Source of the DNA: Treponemataceae bacterium
Lineage (GTDB): Bacteria; Spirochaetota; Spirochaetia; Treponematales; Rectinemataceae
DNA: 64,000 nt
Direction of reading: 5' to 3'
NCBI GenBank assembly: GCA_963677895.2
Contig: CAXXGJ010000025.1
Span: 32,001 to 96,000 of the forward strand
The position numbers and the translations under genes were made by a program. Positions within the stretch are counted from its first letter, which is position 1, and each line of letters opens with the position of its first letter. The notes beneath the pieces are model-generated. The model was given only the letters and a program-made list of their open reading frames with translations. It was not told the origin of the DNA and did no database searches. Positions 19,520 to 29,607 of this stretch are shown piece by piece.

Positions 19520-20244
19520 GAAGACGCCTTTTCTTCGGCCCGGTAATTTTCGACGATCTTTCCGTCCTTGAGCCTAATGACATGGTCGGCGATGTCGACG
19601 ATGCCCTGATCGTGGGTGCTGAATATGAATGTCGTCCCGAACTCGCGGTTCATGCGCTTCATCAGGGCGAGAATGCTCTCGCCCGTCGCCGAATCGAGGT
19701 TGGCGGTCGGCTCGTCGGCGAGGACTATGGGCGGCCTCATGACGAGGGCCCGGGCTATGGCGATCCTCTGGCGCTGGCCGCCGGAAAGCTCGGCCGGTTT
19801 ATGCTTCATCCTGTCGGCGAGCCCCACGCTCTCGATGAGATGGTCCACCCACTCCTGTCGCTCGTTTTTGGGCATATCGAGGTCAGAGCCGTCGAGGAGG
19901 GCCGGAAGCTCGACATTTTCGCGTATGTTGAGGACGGGGATGAGGTTGAAGGTCTGAAAAATGAAGCCGATGCCCTTATGGCGCAGCGCGGTGAGTTTTT
20001 CGTCGCCGAGGCTGTCGGTGCGCTGGCCGAGGATGGTCACGCTGCCCGAGCTGGCCGTGTCGACGCAGCCGATGAGATTCAGCACCGTGGTCTTTCCCGA
20101 ACCGGAGGGGCCGGCGATCGATATGAAATCGCCCTTGAGGATATCGAAGCTCACGCCCTGCAGGGCGAGGACCTCGGTTTTTCCCAGGGCATAGCTTTTA
20201 TGAACATCGTTGAGCCGCACGACATACTGATTTTGTCCGTCCAC
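19516..20244 (-). CDS. ABC transporter ATP-binding protein (LolD/MacB-like)
   Basis: GPSGSGKT, LSGGQRQR, LADEPTANLD, STHD. Confidence 0.93.
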   Translation of the reverse strand: MDGQNQYVVRLNDVHKSYALGKTEVLALQGVSFDILKGDFISIAGPSGSGKTTVLNLIGCVDTASSGSVTILGQRTDSLGDEKLTALRHKGIGFIFQTFNLIPVLNIRENVELPALLDGSDLDMPKNERQEWVDHLIESVGLADRMKHKPAELSGGQRQRIAIARALVMRPPIVLADEPTANLDSATGESILALMKRMNREFGTTFIFSTHDQGIVDIADHVIRLKDGKIVENYRAEEKASS

Positions 20245-20432
20245 GAATTCCTCCAGGCCATTTCAAAAAACGAAGCCTTACGATCAGGTAGAGCGTATAC
20301 CGACCGCGCCTTTTATTCCATGAAACATTTATTAAAAAATATAACAACGGCGCGCCGCGGCAGCCCTAGCCGCTCGCTATCGCGCCGCCCTACCCGCTTG
20401 CGCCGCCGCCCGCCAATGCGCCTCCGGTGACT

Positions 20433-20461
20433 TTCAATAAAAGCGTTTATTCCTATATACT
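20433..20461 (+). promoter_or_regulatory. Putative sigma70 promoter for the ubiD operon (very short leader)
   Basis: TTCAAT-17 nt-TATACT ending 9 nt before the ATG; no SD sequence. Confidence 0.4.
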
Positions 20462-20470
20462 ATTGCCATT

Positions 20471-21930
20471 ATGGCATATGAAAACTTGCAGGGGTTTGTC
20501 TCGGCCCTCGAATCGGCGGGCGAGCTGAGGCGCGTGAAGGTCGAGGTCGACCCCATCCTCGAGATAACGGAAATCGCCGACAGGGTGATGCGCGACGGCG
20601 GTCCCGGCCCTCCTTTTCGAAAAGGTGAAGGGATCGGAATGGCCCCTCCTCATCAACGCGATGGGATCGGAATCGCGGATGGCCATGGCCCTCGGCGCCG
20701 AAAGCCTCGACGCCAAGTCGAAGGAAATCGAGGATCTTCTCGGCTGGGCCTGGAAACAGGTCCGGGGCTTCTCCCTTTTCACCGCCATTCCCGGCGCCCT
20801 CCCCAAGCTGCCCATAGCGAAATCCCTCCTGCCCAAAAAAGTCGGCCACCCCCTGTGCAGGCAGGTCATCGACGACGAGGCGGGCTTCGACAGCCTCCCC
20901 GTCCTCAAGTGCTGGCCGGGAGACGGAGGGCGCTTCTTCACCCTGCCCGTCGTCTGCACGATGGACCCGGAAACGGGCGCCCAGAACTGGGGCATGTACA
21001 GAATGCAGGTCTACGACGACAGGACGGCGGGAATGCACTGGCACCTCCACAAGGACGGAGCCCATTTCTTCGAGAAATACCGGGCTCGCGGGGAGAGGAT
21101 GCCTGTCGCGGTGACGCTGGGCTCCGATCCCGCCGTCACCTATTCCTCGACGGCCCCCCTGCCCGAAGGCATATGGGAGGCGATGTTCGCCGGGATTCCT
21201 GCGCGGCAAGAGCTGCGAAGTGACGAAGGCGAGCCTCTCGGACATACAGATTCCCGCCGACGCGGAATTCGTCCTCGAAGGCTACGTCGACCCGGAGGAG
21301 ACGAGGCTTGAAGGCCCCTTCGGCGACCATACGGGCTTCTACTCCCTGCCCGACCAGTACCCCGTCTTTCACCTGGAACGCATAACTCGAAGGAAAAATC
21401 CGATATTCCCCGCCACCATCGTCGGCATTCCTCCCAAGGAAGACTGCTACATGGCGAAGGCCACGGAGCGGCTTTTCCTCCCCCTTTTGAGACAGCTCTG
21501 CCCCGAAATCACCGATCTCACGATGCCTCTCGAGGGCGTCTTCCACAACTGCGTCATCGTCTCGATCAAGAAACGTTTCCCCGGCCATGCCCGCAAGGTC
21601 ATGGATTTCATCTGGGGAATGGGCCAGATGATGTATACGAAGCTCATCGTCGTCGTCGACGACGACATTAGCCTGAAAAACCTCTCCCTCGTCGCGTGGA
21701 AGGTCTTCAACAACATCGACGCGGGGCGCGACCTCGTTCTGTCTCAGGGCCCCTTGGATGCCCTCGACCATTCCTCGCCCCAGCCCCGCTTCGGCACGCG
21801 CCTCGGCGTCGACGCCACGAAAAAATGGCCCGAGGAAGGCCACGGCAGGGAATGGCCCGAACCCCTCGCCATGAGCCCGGATATCGTCCAGCGCGTCGAC
21901 GCCCGGTGGAAAGACTATGGCATCGACTGA
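20471..21930 (+). pseudogene. UbiD-family (menaquinone biosynthesis, MqnL-like) decarboxylase with two +1 frameshifts near 20605 and 21193 (possibly sequencing errors)
   Basis: Three frame segments join into about 485 aa: EVDPILEITEIADRV, WPGDGGRFFTLP, NWGMYRMQ, EGPFGDHTGFY, GPLDALDH, LGVDATKK. Confidence 0.85.
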
Positions 21931-22840
21931 GCCCTCCGCCGACGGCCCAGGCAGCGCCCCGGACCGGCGTTCAGGCGGCGGTTTCGGCCGCCGGCTCGCC
22001 CTCGTGGGCGACGCGGTCATGATACGGCACACCTTGTTTTCGCTTCCCTTCGCGGTCACTGCAGTGCTGCTCGAGACGGCGGGCCGCCCCCCCGCGGCCA
22101 AGCTTTTCTGGATCGTCGTCGCCGCCTTCGGGGCGCGAAACGCCGCCAACGCCCTCAACAGGCTCATCGACCACCGAATCGACGCCAAAAATCCGCGGAC
22201 CGCCGGCCGGCACCTTCCCAAGGGAGCGCTCTCCAGGAAGGAACTCTGGGCCTTCACCGCGGCCATGCTGGCCCTCCTCGTCCTCGGGGCGGCCATGCTC
22301 AACCCCCTCTGCCTCGCCCTCCTTCCCGCCGCGGGTTTTCTCGTCGCGGGCTATTCCTATACCAAGCGTTTCACCTGGCTCTGCCATTTCTGGCTTGGAC
22401 TGACCTGTTCGGCCGCCACGATGGGCGCCTTCCTGGGCGTTTCAGGAGCCTTTCACCTCCGCTACTTCCCCCTCGTGGCCAGCGTGGCGCTTTGGGTGGC
22501 CGGCTTCGATATCCTCTATGCCGTACAGGACATCGAGTTCGATCGCGGCGAAAAACTCCACTCGGTCCCCGCCCGTTTCGGCGCAAAAGGCGCGCGGATC
22601 ATCGCCGCCGGTTGCCATCTCCTCGCCGCAGGAGGACTGGCCAGCGTCCTCCTGTTCTGGCCGGCGACCGGCGCCGTTACGGTCGTCACGCTTCTCGCCT
22701 GCGCCTCCCTCCTCTCGGCCGAGCACGTCGTCGCGTTGGGCGGCACGGAAAAGCACGTGAAAATAGCGGCCTATGGAATCAACGAGATAATACCGCTTCT
22801 CTTTCTCTTCGGTGTTGCCCTCGATATATATCTGATATAG
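21917..22840 (+). CDS. UbiA-family polyprenyltransferase (MqnP-like)
   Basis: HTLFSLPF, NRLIDHRIDAKNPRT, YSYTKRFT, GFDILYAVQDIEFD. Confidence 0.9.
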   Translation: MASTEPSADGPGSAPDRRSGGGFGRRLALVGDAVMIRHTLFSLPFAVTAVLLETAGRPPAAKLFWIVVAAFGARNAANALNRLIDHRIDAKNPRTAGRHLPKGALSRKELWAFTAAMLALLVLGAAMLNPLCLALLPAAGFLVAGYSYTKRFTWLCHFWLGLTCSAATMGAFLGVSGAFHLRYFPLVASVALWVAGFDILYAVQDIEFDRGEKLHSVPARFGAKGARIIAAGCHLLAAGGLASVLLFWPATGAVTVVTLLACASLLSAEHVVALGGTEKHVKIAAYGINEIIPLLFLFGVALDIYLI

Positions 22841-22851
22841 ACTAGATCCAG

Positions 22852-23451
22852 ATGGAACGTTATCTCGTCTGCATCACCGGAGCCTCTGGTGCGCTGTATT
22901 CCCTCCGCCTCATCTCCGCCCTGGCGGCGAAAGGCGTCATCCTCCATCTAGCCTGTTCTCCCTGGGGAGCGCGCGTAATCCTCGAAGAGACGGAAAGGCC
23001 GCTCGGCTACTGGCTCGGCAAGATCAGGGCATCGGGTGGCCCCGGCAGATCGCCCGCCATCATAAAGCTTCACCCTTCAGACGACTTTTCCTCCCCCGTG
23101 GCATCGGGTTCCTTCAGATTGAACGGCACGGTGATCCTTCCCTGCTCGACGGGCACGCTCGGCAGCATAGCCTCGGGAGTATCGGCCAATCTGATCCATC
23201 GCGCGGGCAGCGTCGCGCTCAAGGAAGGCTGGCCGCTCATACTCGTCCCCCGGGAAACGCCGCTCTCCCTCGTCACCATGAAAGCCTTCGTCTCCCTCAA
23301 GGAAGCGGGAGCGGTGATCATGCCCGCCTGCCCCAGCTTCTACAGCAAGCCTCAGTCGATTGAACAGCTGGCCGACACTGTGATAAACAGAATCATGGAT
23401 CGTCTCGGCGTTCCCGACGAAGGCGCGTACCGATGGAACGAGGCATTCTGA
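22852..23451 (+). CDS. ubiX: Flavin prenyltransferase (prFMN synthase)
   Basis: ITGASGA, VASGS, PCSTGTL, LVPRETP, PSFYSKP. Confidence 0.92.
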   Translation: MERYLVCITGASGALYSLRLISALAAKGVILHLACSPWGARVILEETERPLGYWLGKIRASGGPGRSPAIIKLHPSDDFSSPVASGSFRLNGTVILPCSTGTLGSIASGVSANLIHRAGSVALKEGWPLILVPRETPLSLVTMKAFVSLKEAGAVIMPACPSFYSKPQSIEQLADTVINRIMDRLGVPDEGAYRWNEAF

Positions 23452-23465
23452 AAGGAGCTTCCATA

Positions 23466-24425
23466 ATGACAATGAAAAAATTCGCTTTTCTCGCGGCAGC
23501 CTTCCTGCTGCTCGCGGGGCTGTCCGCGGCTAAGATAGAGGCGCAATCGCAGGCGCAGACCTCGACTGGCAAAAACGCCCTCAGGCTCGGGATTTTCGCC
23601 GATGCCGACTCCCTTCCCTTCATGCTCTGCGAAACAGAGGATCTCTTCGCCCAGGAAGGCGTCGACGTGCAGCTCATCCGCTTCCAGAGCGCCGTCGAAC
23701 GCGATTCGGCCTTTCAGGCGGGATCCGTCGACGGAGTCATCTCGGATGTCCTCGCCGTGATGCTTTCGGTGCAGGGAGGTTTCCCCGTCAAGATCACCAG
23801 CCTCACCGACGGAAGGTATGGAATAGCCGTCGCCCCTGGCCTCGCCGCGAACAGTCTCGCCGACCTCGCGGGAAAACCCATCGGCATATCCAGCAACTCC
23901 GTCATCCATTATATGGTGGACAGTTTCATGGCCGCGGCCGGAGTCCCCGCCGCTGAGATAAACCTGATGCCGGTGCCCAAAATGCCCGTCCGCCTCGAAA
24001 TGGTCCTTGCGGGACAGACCGCCGGCGCCGGCATGCCCGAACCATTCCTGACGACGGCCAGAGTGCGCGGGGCAAAAATCATCGCCACCACCGACGACTA
24101 CGGACTCGGCGCGGGCATCCTCGCCTTTTCACAGAACGCCCTGGCATCCAAGCAGGGGGAGATCACCAAACTCTACAAGGCTTACTGGAAGGCTGCACAG
24201 AAAATCAACGCCGACCCCGACGCGTACCGCCCGCTCCTGGTAAAGAAAGCGGGATTTTCGGAGGAAGCCGCCAAGGCCTTTATTTTCGTGGTATACAAGA
24301 AACCCCGGCTTCCCTCCATGGGAGACCTGGAGCGCGCCGCCTCCTGGCTGACGGCCAAAGGTCTTCTAAAGAAGACGATCGATCCCGCCTCGCTCCTGGA
24401 AAAGCGCCCCATCGAAGGATTCTGA
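23466..24425 (+). CDS. ABC transporter substrate-binding protein (NitT/TauT/SsuA-like)
   Basis: Signal peptide; FQSAVERDSAFQAG, PEPFLT; AGGAG RBS. Confidence 0.82.
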   Translation: MTMKKFAFLAAAFLLLAGLSAAKIEAQSQAQTSTGKNALRLGIFADADSLPFMLCETEDLFAQEGVDVQLIRFQSAVERDSAFQAGSVDGVISDVLAVMLSVQGGFPVKITSLTDGRYGIAVAPGLAANSLADLAGKPIGISSNSVIHYMVDSFMAAAGVPAAEINLMPVPKMPVRLEMVLAGQTAGAGMPEPFLTTARVRGAKIIATTDDYGLGAGILAFSQNALASKQGEITKLYKAYWKAAQKINADPDAYRPLLVKKAGFSEEAAKAFIFVVYKKPRLPSMGDLERAASWLTAKGLLKKTIDPASLLEKRPIEGF

Positions 24426-24434
24426 CAGCGGTCC

Positions 24435-26123
24435 ATGATGAACTACCCCATGGTCAAGCTCGATAAAGTCTCGTTTTCCTATCGCCTCAAGGAGAGAGCC
24501 CTCCCCGTCCTGTCGGATATCAGCGTGAACTTCGAGCGCGGCTCCATAACGGCCATCGTCGGCCGCTCCGGCTGCGGCAAGACAAGCCTCCTGCGCATCA
24601 TCGCCGGGCTTTCCTCCCCTACCGAGGGCTGGGTGTCCGTGGGCGGCGAAGCGGGCGGCGCGATCAGGGCCAAGACGGCCCTCATCTTTCAGGACTACGG
24701 GCTTCTTCCCTGGGCAAGCGTTCAGGCCAACGCCGAACTGGGCTTGAGAACGAGGGGAATGAGCGCGGCCGAACGCAGGTCCAGAGTGAACCCCATCCTC
24801 GCCGAGCTGGGTCTCGAACCTTTTGCCAGGCTTTATCCCGCGAGACTCTCGGGCGGAATGCGGCAACGCGTCGCCGTGGCTCGCGCCCTCGCATCGGACA
24901 GCGACCTTCTCCTTCTGGACGAACCATTCTCCAGCCTCGATGCCCTCACGAGGGAATCCCTACAGGAAACCCTTCTCGAAACCCAGCGCAGGCACGGCAC
25001 CACGGTTATTCTCGTCACGCACTCCATCGAGGAAGCGGCCTATCTGGCTGACACAATCTACATCCTGGACGGAAAGAACCCCTCCACCCTTTCGGCCCGC
25101 TTCGATACGGACCGAAGACGGAGCGCCTTCCCCGCCCGCCCCTCCGGAATCGCTTCGGATGGTACCGACGCTTCGCCCGCGGACTCGGTTCCGGCATCCC
25201 GGAATTCCCCGACATCGGACGCGGCGGCGACCTCCTACAGGGAAAGCAGCCATTACTTTTCGAATGTGGCGACGCTCCGCCATCTCTTCGCCCATCCCCC
25301 CGGCGGAGCGGAGAAGACGGAGAGCGAAATCCTGGAGGATGGCTCGCCGTCCCCCGCCCATGTCCGGGCGATCGGCTTCATGGCGAGACTCGGCAAGATT
25401 GTCCTGGCGGCTTCGGCGATCGCCATTCTCTGGGCCGGCCTTTCCTCCATTCTCAAAAAGCCCTTCCTGCCCTCTCCAATTCTCGCGGCGAGCCGTTTCG
25501 GCGAAAAAATCGCCGACGGAACGCTTTTCGTCCACATCGGCGCATCGCTGAGACGTATTTTCCTTGCCCTGATCGTCGCCGGCCCTCCCGCCTGGGCGCT
25601 CGGCCTGCTTTCGGGGCGCGTTAAGGCGGCGGATACAATAGCATCGCCCCTCGTCTACCTTCTCCACCCCCTGCCTAAAGTGGCTTTCCTGCCGATATTG
25701 ATGCTGTTCTTCGGACTGGGGGACGCCTCCAAGGTGGCGCTCATGGGAATGGTTATCTTCGGACAGCTTTTCGTCGGAGGAAGGGACTCGGCCAAGGCAA
25801 TATCCTCATCGCTCATCGATACGGTCCGTTCATTGGGTGTCCGCGGCGGAGGAATTCTGCGCTATGCCATCCTGCCCGCTACCCTTCCATCCCTTCTATC
25901 GTCGCTGAGGATCAGCCTCGGCACGGCCATCGCCGTGCTTTTTCTGTCCGAAACCTTCGCGTCGATGGACGGCCTTGGCTGGTACATCATGGATTCATGG
26001 TCCCGAGTGGACTATCCCGACATGTACGCGGCCATCATCGCCCTCTCCCTCGTCGGCCTCGTACTCTACCTCGCCCTGGACGCCCTCGAAATCCTCGCCC
26101 TCCGCTGGCGCGAAACCGACTGA
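24435..26123 (+). CDS. Fused ABC ATPase + permease (NitT/TauT family)
   Basis: N-terminal GRSGCGKT, LSGGMRQR, LDEPFSSLD; Ser/Pro/Ala-rich linker; C-terminal TM domain PLPKVAFLP...GLGWYIMDSW. Confidence 0.85.
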   Translation: MMNYPMVKLDKVSFSYRLKERALPVLSDISVNFERGSITAIVGRSGCGKTSLLRIIAGLSSPTEGWVSVGGEAGGAIRAKTALIFQDYGLLPWASVQANAELGLRTRGMSAAERRSRVNPILAELGLEPFARLYPARLSGGMRQRVAVARALASDSDLLLLDEPFSSLDALTRESLQETLLETQRRHGTTVILVTHSIEEAAYLADTIYILDGKNPSTLSARFDTDRRRSAFPARPSGIASDGTDASPADSVPASRNSPTSDAAATSYRESSHYFSNVATLRHLFAHPPGGAEKTESEILEDGSPSPAHVRAIGFMARLGKIVLAASAIAILWAGLSSILKKPFLPSPILAASRFGEKIADGTLFVHIGASLRRIFLALIVAGPPAWALGLLSGRVKAADTIASPLVYLLHPLPKVAFLPILMLFFGLGDASKVALMGMVIFGQLFVGGRDSAKAISSSLIDTVRSLGVRGGGILRYAILPATLPSLLSSLRISLGTAIAVLFLSETFASMDGLGWYIMDSWSRVDYPDMYAAIIALSLVGLVLYLALDALEILALRWRETD

Positions 26124-26129
26124 GATTTT

Positions 26130-27233
26130 CTACTCGGCCGCCTCGGGCAGCACACGCACGAGCGATTCGTTGAAACCGATCGACACGGGCTCGCCTTCGC
26201 CGGCAATGCGCTTTTCAGCCGGATCGTCAACCTGCACGAGAATTTCCCCGTACTGTGTCTTCACGAAGACCTCCACGCTCGACCCCAGATAGACCCGCGC
26301 CGAAACCGTACCCTCGGCCAATCCCTGCCCCGGGCTGTGGAGACGCAGCGATTCGGGCCTCGCCATGATCACCGCCTTGTCCCCCGCGGCTAGCCCATCC
26401 GCCTTATGCCCCGCTTTGACCTTTCTTCCGGCGAGAGAGCACTGACAGGAACCGTCCGCCTCGACCGCGTCCAGCGTCACCGGGAAAAACGCCACCTTGC
26501 CCACGAATCCGGCCACGAAGACCGAATTGGGTTTTTCGTAGATATCGCTGGGCGAGCCGATCTGCCTGACGAGGCCGTTTTTCATGACGATAACTCTGTC
26601 CGAAAGACTCATGGCTTCGATCCTGTCGTGCGTGACGTAAATCGCCGTAATGCCGAGCGTTTTCTGGATTTTCCGGATCTCTATGCGCATCTGCTCGCGC
26701 AGGAGGGCGTCCAGATTGGAGAGCGGCTCGTCGAGGAGGAGGACCTGGGGCTCGACGACAAGACATCGAGCGAGAGCGACGCGCTGCTGCTGGCCGCCAG
26801 AAAGCCTCCCCGGCGAGCGCTTGGCCAGGTCGGCCAGGCCCACCAGATCGAGGGCTTTCTTCACCCTTTCCTGAATTTCGGATGCCGGCCGCTTGCGGAT
26901 CTTGAGTCCGTAGGCCACGTTTTCCTCGACATTGAAATGGGGGAAAAGCCCATAGGACTGAAAAACCGTCGCCGTCTCGCGGCCGTTGGGCGGCAGATAG
27001 GTGACGTCGTTGCCTCCGATGAGGATCTTGCCCTTCGTGGGTAGCTCGAAACCGCCGATCATGCGCAAGGTCGTCGTCTTCCCGCAGCCGGAAGGCCCGA
27101 GAAGCGTGACGAGCTCGCCGGGCTGGATTTCGAAGTTCGCGTCCCGGACCGCGTGGACTTCGGCCTTGGTCTTGGGATCCCTGAAAGTCTTGGACACCAT
27201 TTCGAGCTTAACAGGTACTGATTGTGCTGCCAT
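26130..27233 (-). CDS. ABC transporter ATP-binding protein (FbpC/PotA-like, TOBE domain)
   Basis: [31 protein letters not shown]. Confidence 0.92.
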   Translation of the reverse strand: MAAQSVPVKLEMVSKTFRDPKTKAEVHAVRDANFEIQPGELVTLLGPSGCGKTTTLRMIGGFELPTKGKILIGGNDVTYLPPNGRETATVFQSYGLFPHFNVEENVAYGLKIRKRPASEIQERVKKALDLVGLADLAKRSPGRLSGGQQQRVALARCLVVEPQVLLLDEPLSNLDALLREQMRIEIRKIQKTLGITAIYVTHDRIEAMSLSDRVIVMKNGLVRQIGSPSDIYEKPNSVFVAGFVGKVAFFPVTLDAVEADGSCQCSLAGRKVKAGHKADGLAAGDKAVIMARPESLRLHSPGQGLAEGTVSARVYLGSSVEVFVKTQYGEILVQVDDPAEKRIAGEGEPVSIGFNESLVRVLPEAAE

Positions 27234-27248
27234 TCTGAAATCCTTTCC

Positions 27249-29456
27249 TTATTGGACTGAAACAGTTTTTTCCAGATGCTCGCTCTGACGGATCAGAAGC
27301 CTCATGAGCCCGAAAACCGCAAGGACGATGACGATCAGGGTCGTCGAAAGGACGCTCGCCAGACCGAAACGGATATTCTCGGAGAAGTTGTATATCTGGA
27401 TAGTGATATGGTACCAGCGCGCGCTGATGAGGAAGATGATGGCGCTCACCGCCGTCATGGAGCGCACGAAGGTGTAGGACATGGACGAGATGAAGGCCGG
27501 CCTGATGAGGGGCATGATGATCGTCCTGAAGATCACGGACTGGTCGGCGCCGAGATCGGCGGCCGCCTCCTCGATGGAGGGGTCTATCTGCCTCAGGGCG
27601 GCCACGCCGCCCTCCAGCCCTACGGGAAGTTCGCGGATCACGTAGTTGATGACGAGGATGGCGCCCGTTCCCACGAGGAGAAGCGGCGGCTTGTTGAAAG
27701 CCAGGATATAGCTGATGCCCACGAGGGTTCCGGGGAGGGCGAACGGAGTCATGATCAAGCCTTCGAGAATCTTCTTGCCCGGGAATTTCTTGCGCACGAC
27801 GATGACGGCCGCGACCATGGCCAGGATGCCGGCGATGGGCGTCGCCATGCCCGCCAGCGCCATCGTGGAGAAGAGCGCCTGCTTGCCCCGCGTCAGGGCT
27901 TCGCCGAAATTGGCCAGGGTGAAGGTATAGTCGATGCCCCAGTTCTTGACGAAACAGCCCGCGACGATCGTCCCGTAGAGAGCGACGATGAAGACGCTCA
28001 CGACGGCGACGAATGCCACCAGCCCTCTTCTCGCCCCCGGGGAAGCCAGGTCGGAAAGCCTCATGGAAGGCTTGCCGGTAACGACGACGAATGACTTCTT
28101 GTTCACCCAGGAACGCTGGACGAAAAACGCGCTCAGGGTGGGCAGAAGCAGAAGTATGGATAGTGCGGCTCCGTTGGACAGCCGGTTCATCCCGGTCACT
28201 TCGATATAGGACTCCACCGACAGGACGCGATAGGACCCGCCCAAAAGAAGGGGGTTGGCGAAATCGGCCAGGGAGTTCGTAAAGACGAGGAGCCAGGACG
28301 ACAGTATCCCAGGGAAGGCGAGCGGCAGGGTTACGTGCGTGAAAGTGTGCCATCGCGACGCGTTGAGATCGAGGGAAGCGTCCTCGAGGGTCGAATCTAT
28401 GGCTTGCAGCACGCCCTGCATGGTGAGAAAGGCGATGGGGAACATCGAAATCGTCTGCACGACGGTCAGTCCGCCCAGTCCGTAAATGCTGAAATTCTCG
28501 AGTCCCAGAAGCCTTTTCGTGATCAACCCGTTGTTGCCGAATAGGAGGATGATCGACAGCGTGAGGGAGAAAGGCGGCGAAATCACCGGCATCGTCGCGA
28601 GCGCCGTGACCAGTTTTTTCCCCTTCATGCTGGTTCTCGCCACGGCGAAGGCGAAGATGAAGCCGATGAAGGTCGATGCCGTAGCCGTGTAGATGCCCAG
28701 GTGAATCGATCCCCACAGCGCTTTCAGGTATTGGGCGTTGCCGAGCACCGTCTTCCAGGTGGCGAAGGTGAACCTTTCGTTGGTGACGAAGGTGAGCCTG
28801 ACGGCCTCGAAAAGCGGGTAGGCCACGAAGGCTATGACCACGGCGAAAAGAACGAGAATGGCATAGCCGGTGATGGGATCCCTGAAAAAAGTGGCCACGC
28901 CGAAGGCGAGCGCGAAAAGCAGGAAGGCTATCAGCGTAAAGCCGTCCAGGAGGGAGGCGAAGGACGAGGTTCTGGCCGCGTCCACGGCTATAAGGACAAA
29001 CCCCGACGCCGCGTCGTTCGTCTCGTTGATGATAGGCGCCACGACAAGATTTCGCGCCGAATCGCCTATCCTGACGGATTCGGGAAGTATGAACGTTTCC
29101 AGATAAGAGACCGAGTCGACAGCTTCGGTAAGGACGGGCGAATCCTTAACCTGGGAATTCCAGTAGTCGACGAGCCCGGCGTCGCCGGCGACCTCGTGAT
29201 AGCCCTCTTCCCCGGGCAGGCCCATAAAATAATAGAAGGAATAGCCTGGATAGCTCTGCAGAAGCCCATCCAGCCACTCCGCCGCCATGGCCTCATCCCT
29301 TGGAGCCGATCTGGCGATCGCCAGCGCCAGCGTCTTCGAGTTCTGCGTCATGCTTTTCTCAAAACTGGTCTTCACGGTCGAGAACATCCACAGGTCGGCG
29401 GCCAGAAAAACGGCGCAGGCTGCTATAAAAATCAGAATTTTCTTTTTCGTGAACAC
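27249..29456 (-). CDS. Fe3+-type (FbpB/AfuB-like) ABC permease with an extra N-terminal extracytoplasmic domain
   Basis: Two EAA loops (LEDASLDLNA, IEEAAADLGA), SLADFANP; about 200-aa N-terminal extension; start uncertain (GTG 29456 or ATG 29474). Confidence 0.82.
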   Translation of the reverse strand: MFTKKKILIFIAACAVFLAADLWMFSTVKTSFEKSMTQNSKTLALAIARSAPRDEAMAAEWLDGLLQSYPGYSFYYFMGLPGEEGYHEVAGDAGLVDYWNSQVKDSPVLTEAVDSVSYLETFILPESVRIGDSARNLVVAPIINETNDAASGFVLIAVDAARTSSFASLLDGFTLIAFLLFALAFGVATFFRDPITGYAILVLFAVVIAFVAYPLFEAVRLTFVTNERFTFATWKTVLGNAQYLKALWGSIHLGIYTATASTFIGFIFAFAVARTSMKGKKLVTALATMPVISPPFSLTLSIILLFGNNGLITKRLLGLENFSIYGLGGLTVVQTISMFPIAFLTMQGVLQAIDSTLEDASLDLNASRWHTFTHVTLPLAFPGILSSWLLVFTNSLADFANPLLLGGSYRVLSVESYIEVTGMNRLSNGAALSILLLLPTLSAFFVQRSWVNKKSFVVVTGKPSMRLSDLASPGARRGLVAFVAVVSVFIVALYGTIVAGCFVKNWGIDYTFTLANFGEALTRGKQALFSTMALAGMATPIAGILAMVAAVIVVRKKFPGKKILEGLIMTPFALPGTLVGISYILAFNKPPLLLVGTGAILVINYVIRELPVGLEGGVAALRQIDPSIEEAAADLGADQSVIFRTIIMPLIRPAFISSMSYTFVRSMTAVSAIIFLISARWYHITIQIYNFSENIRFGLASVLSTTLIVIVLAVFGLMRLLIRQSEHLEKTVSVQ

Positions 29457-29607
29457 GATTCGTTCATCTCCCATAAATATAAAGGCAACTGGACAATCGA
29501 GCGACGACAACCGCCGCATTCGGTTCAACATCCAGTTGCCTTTCAGCGCTTACCCGATCATTCGATGATCGGGCGGAGTCATCTCATCGGGATGAAAGAA
29601 ATCCTGC

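Noticed and set aside
20595..21200. Programmed ribosomal frameshifting in the UbiD-family gene
   Set aside because: No canonical slippery heptamer, and two independent shifts would be needed. Sequencing error or decay is simpler.
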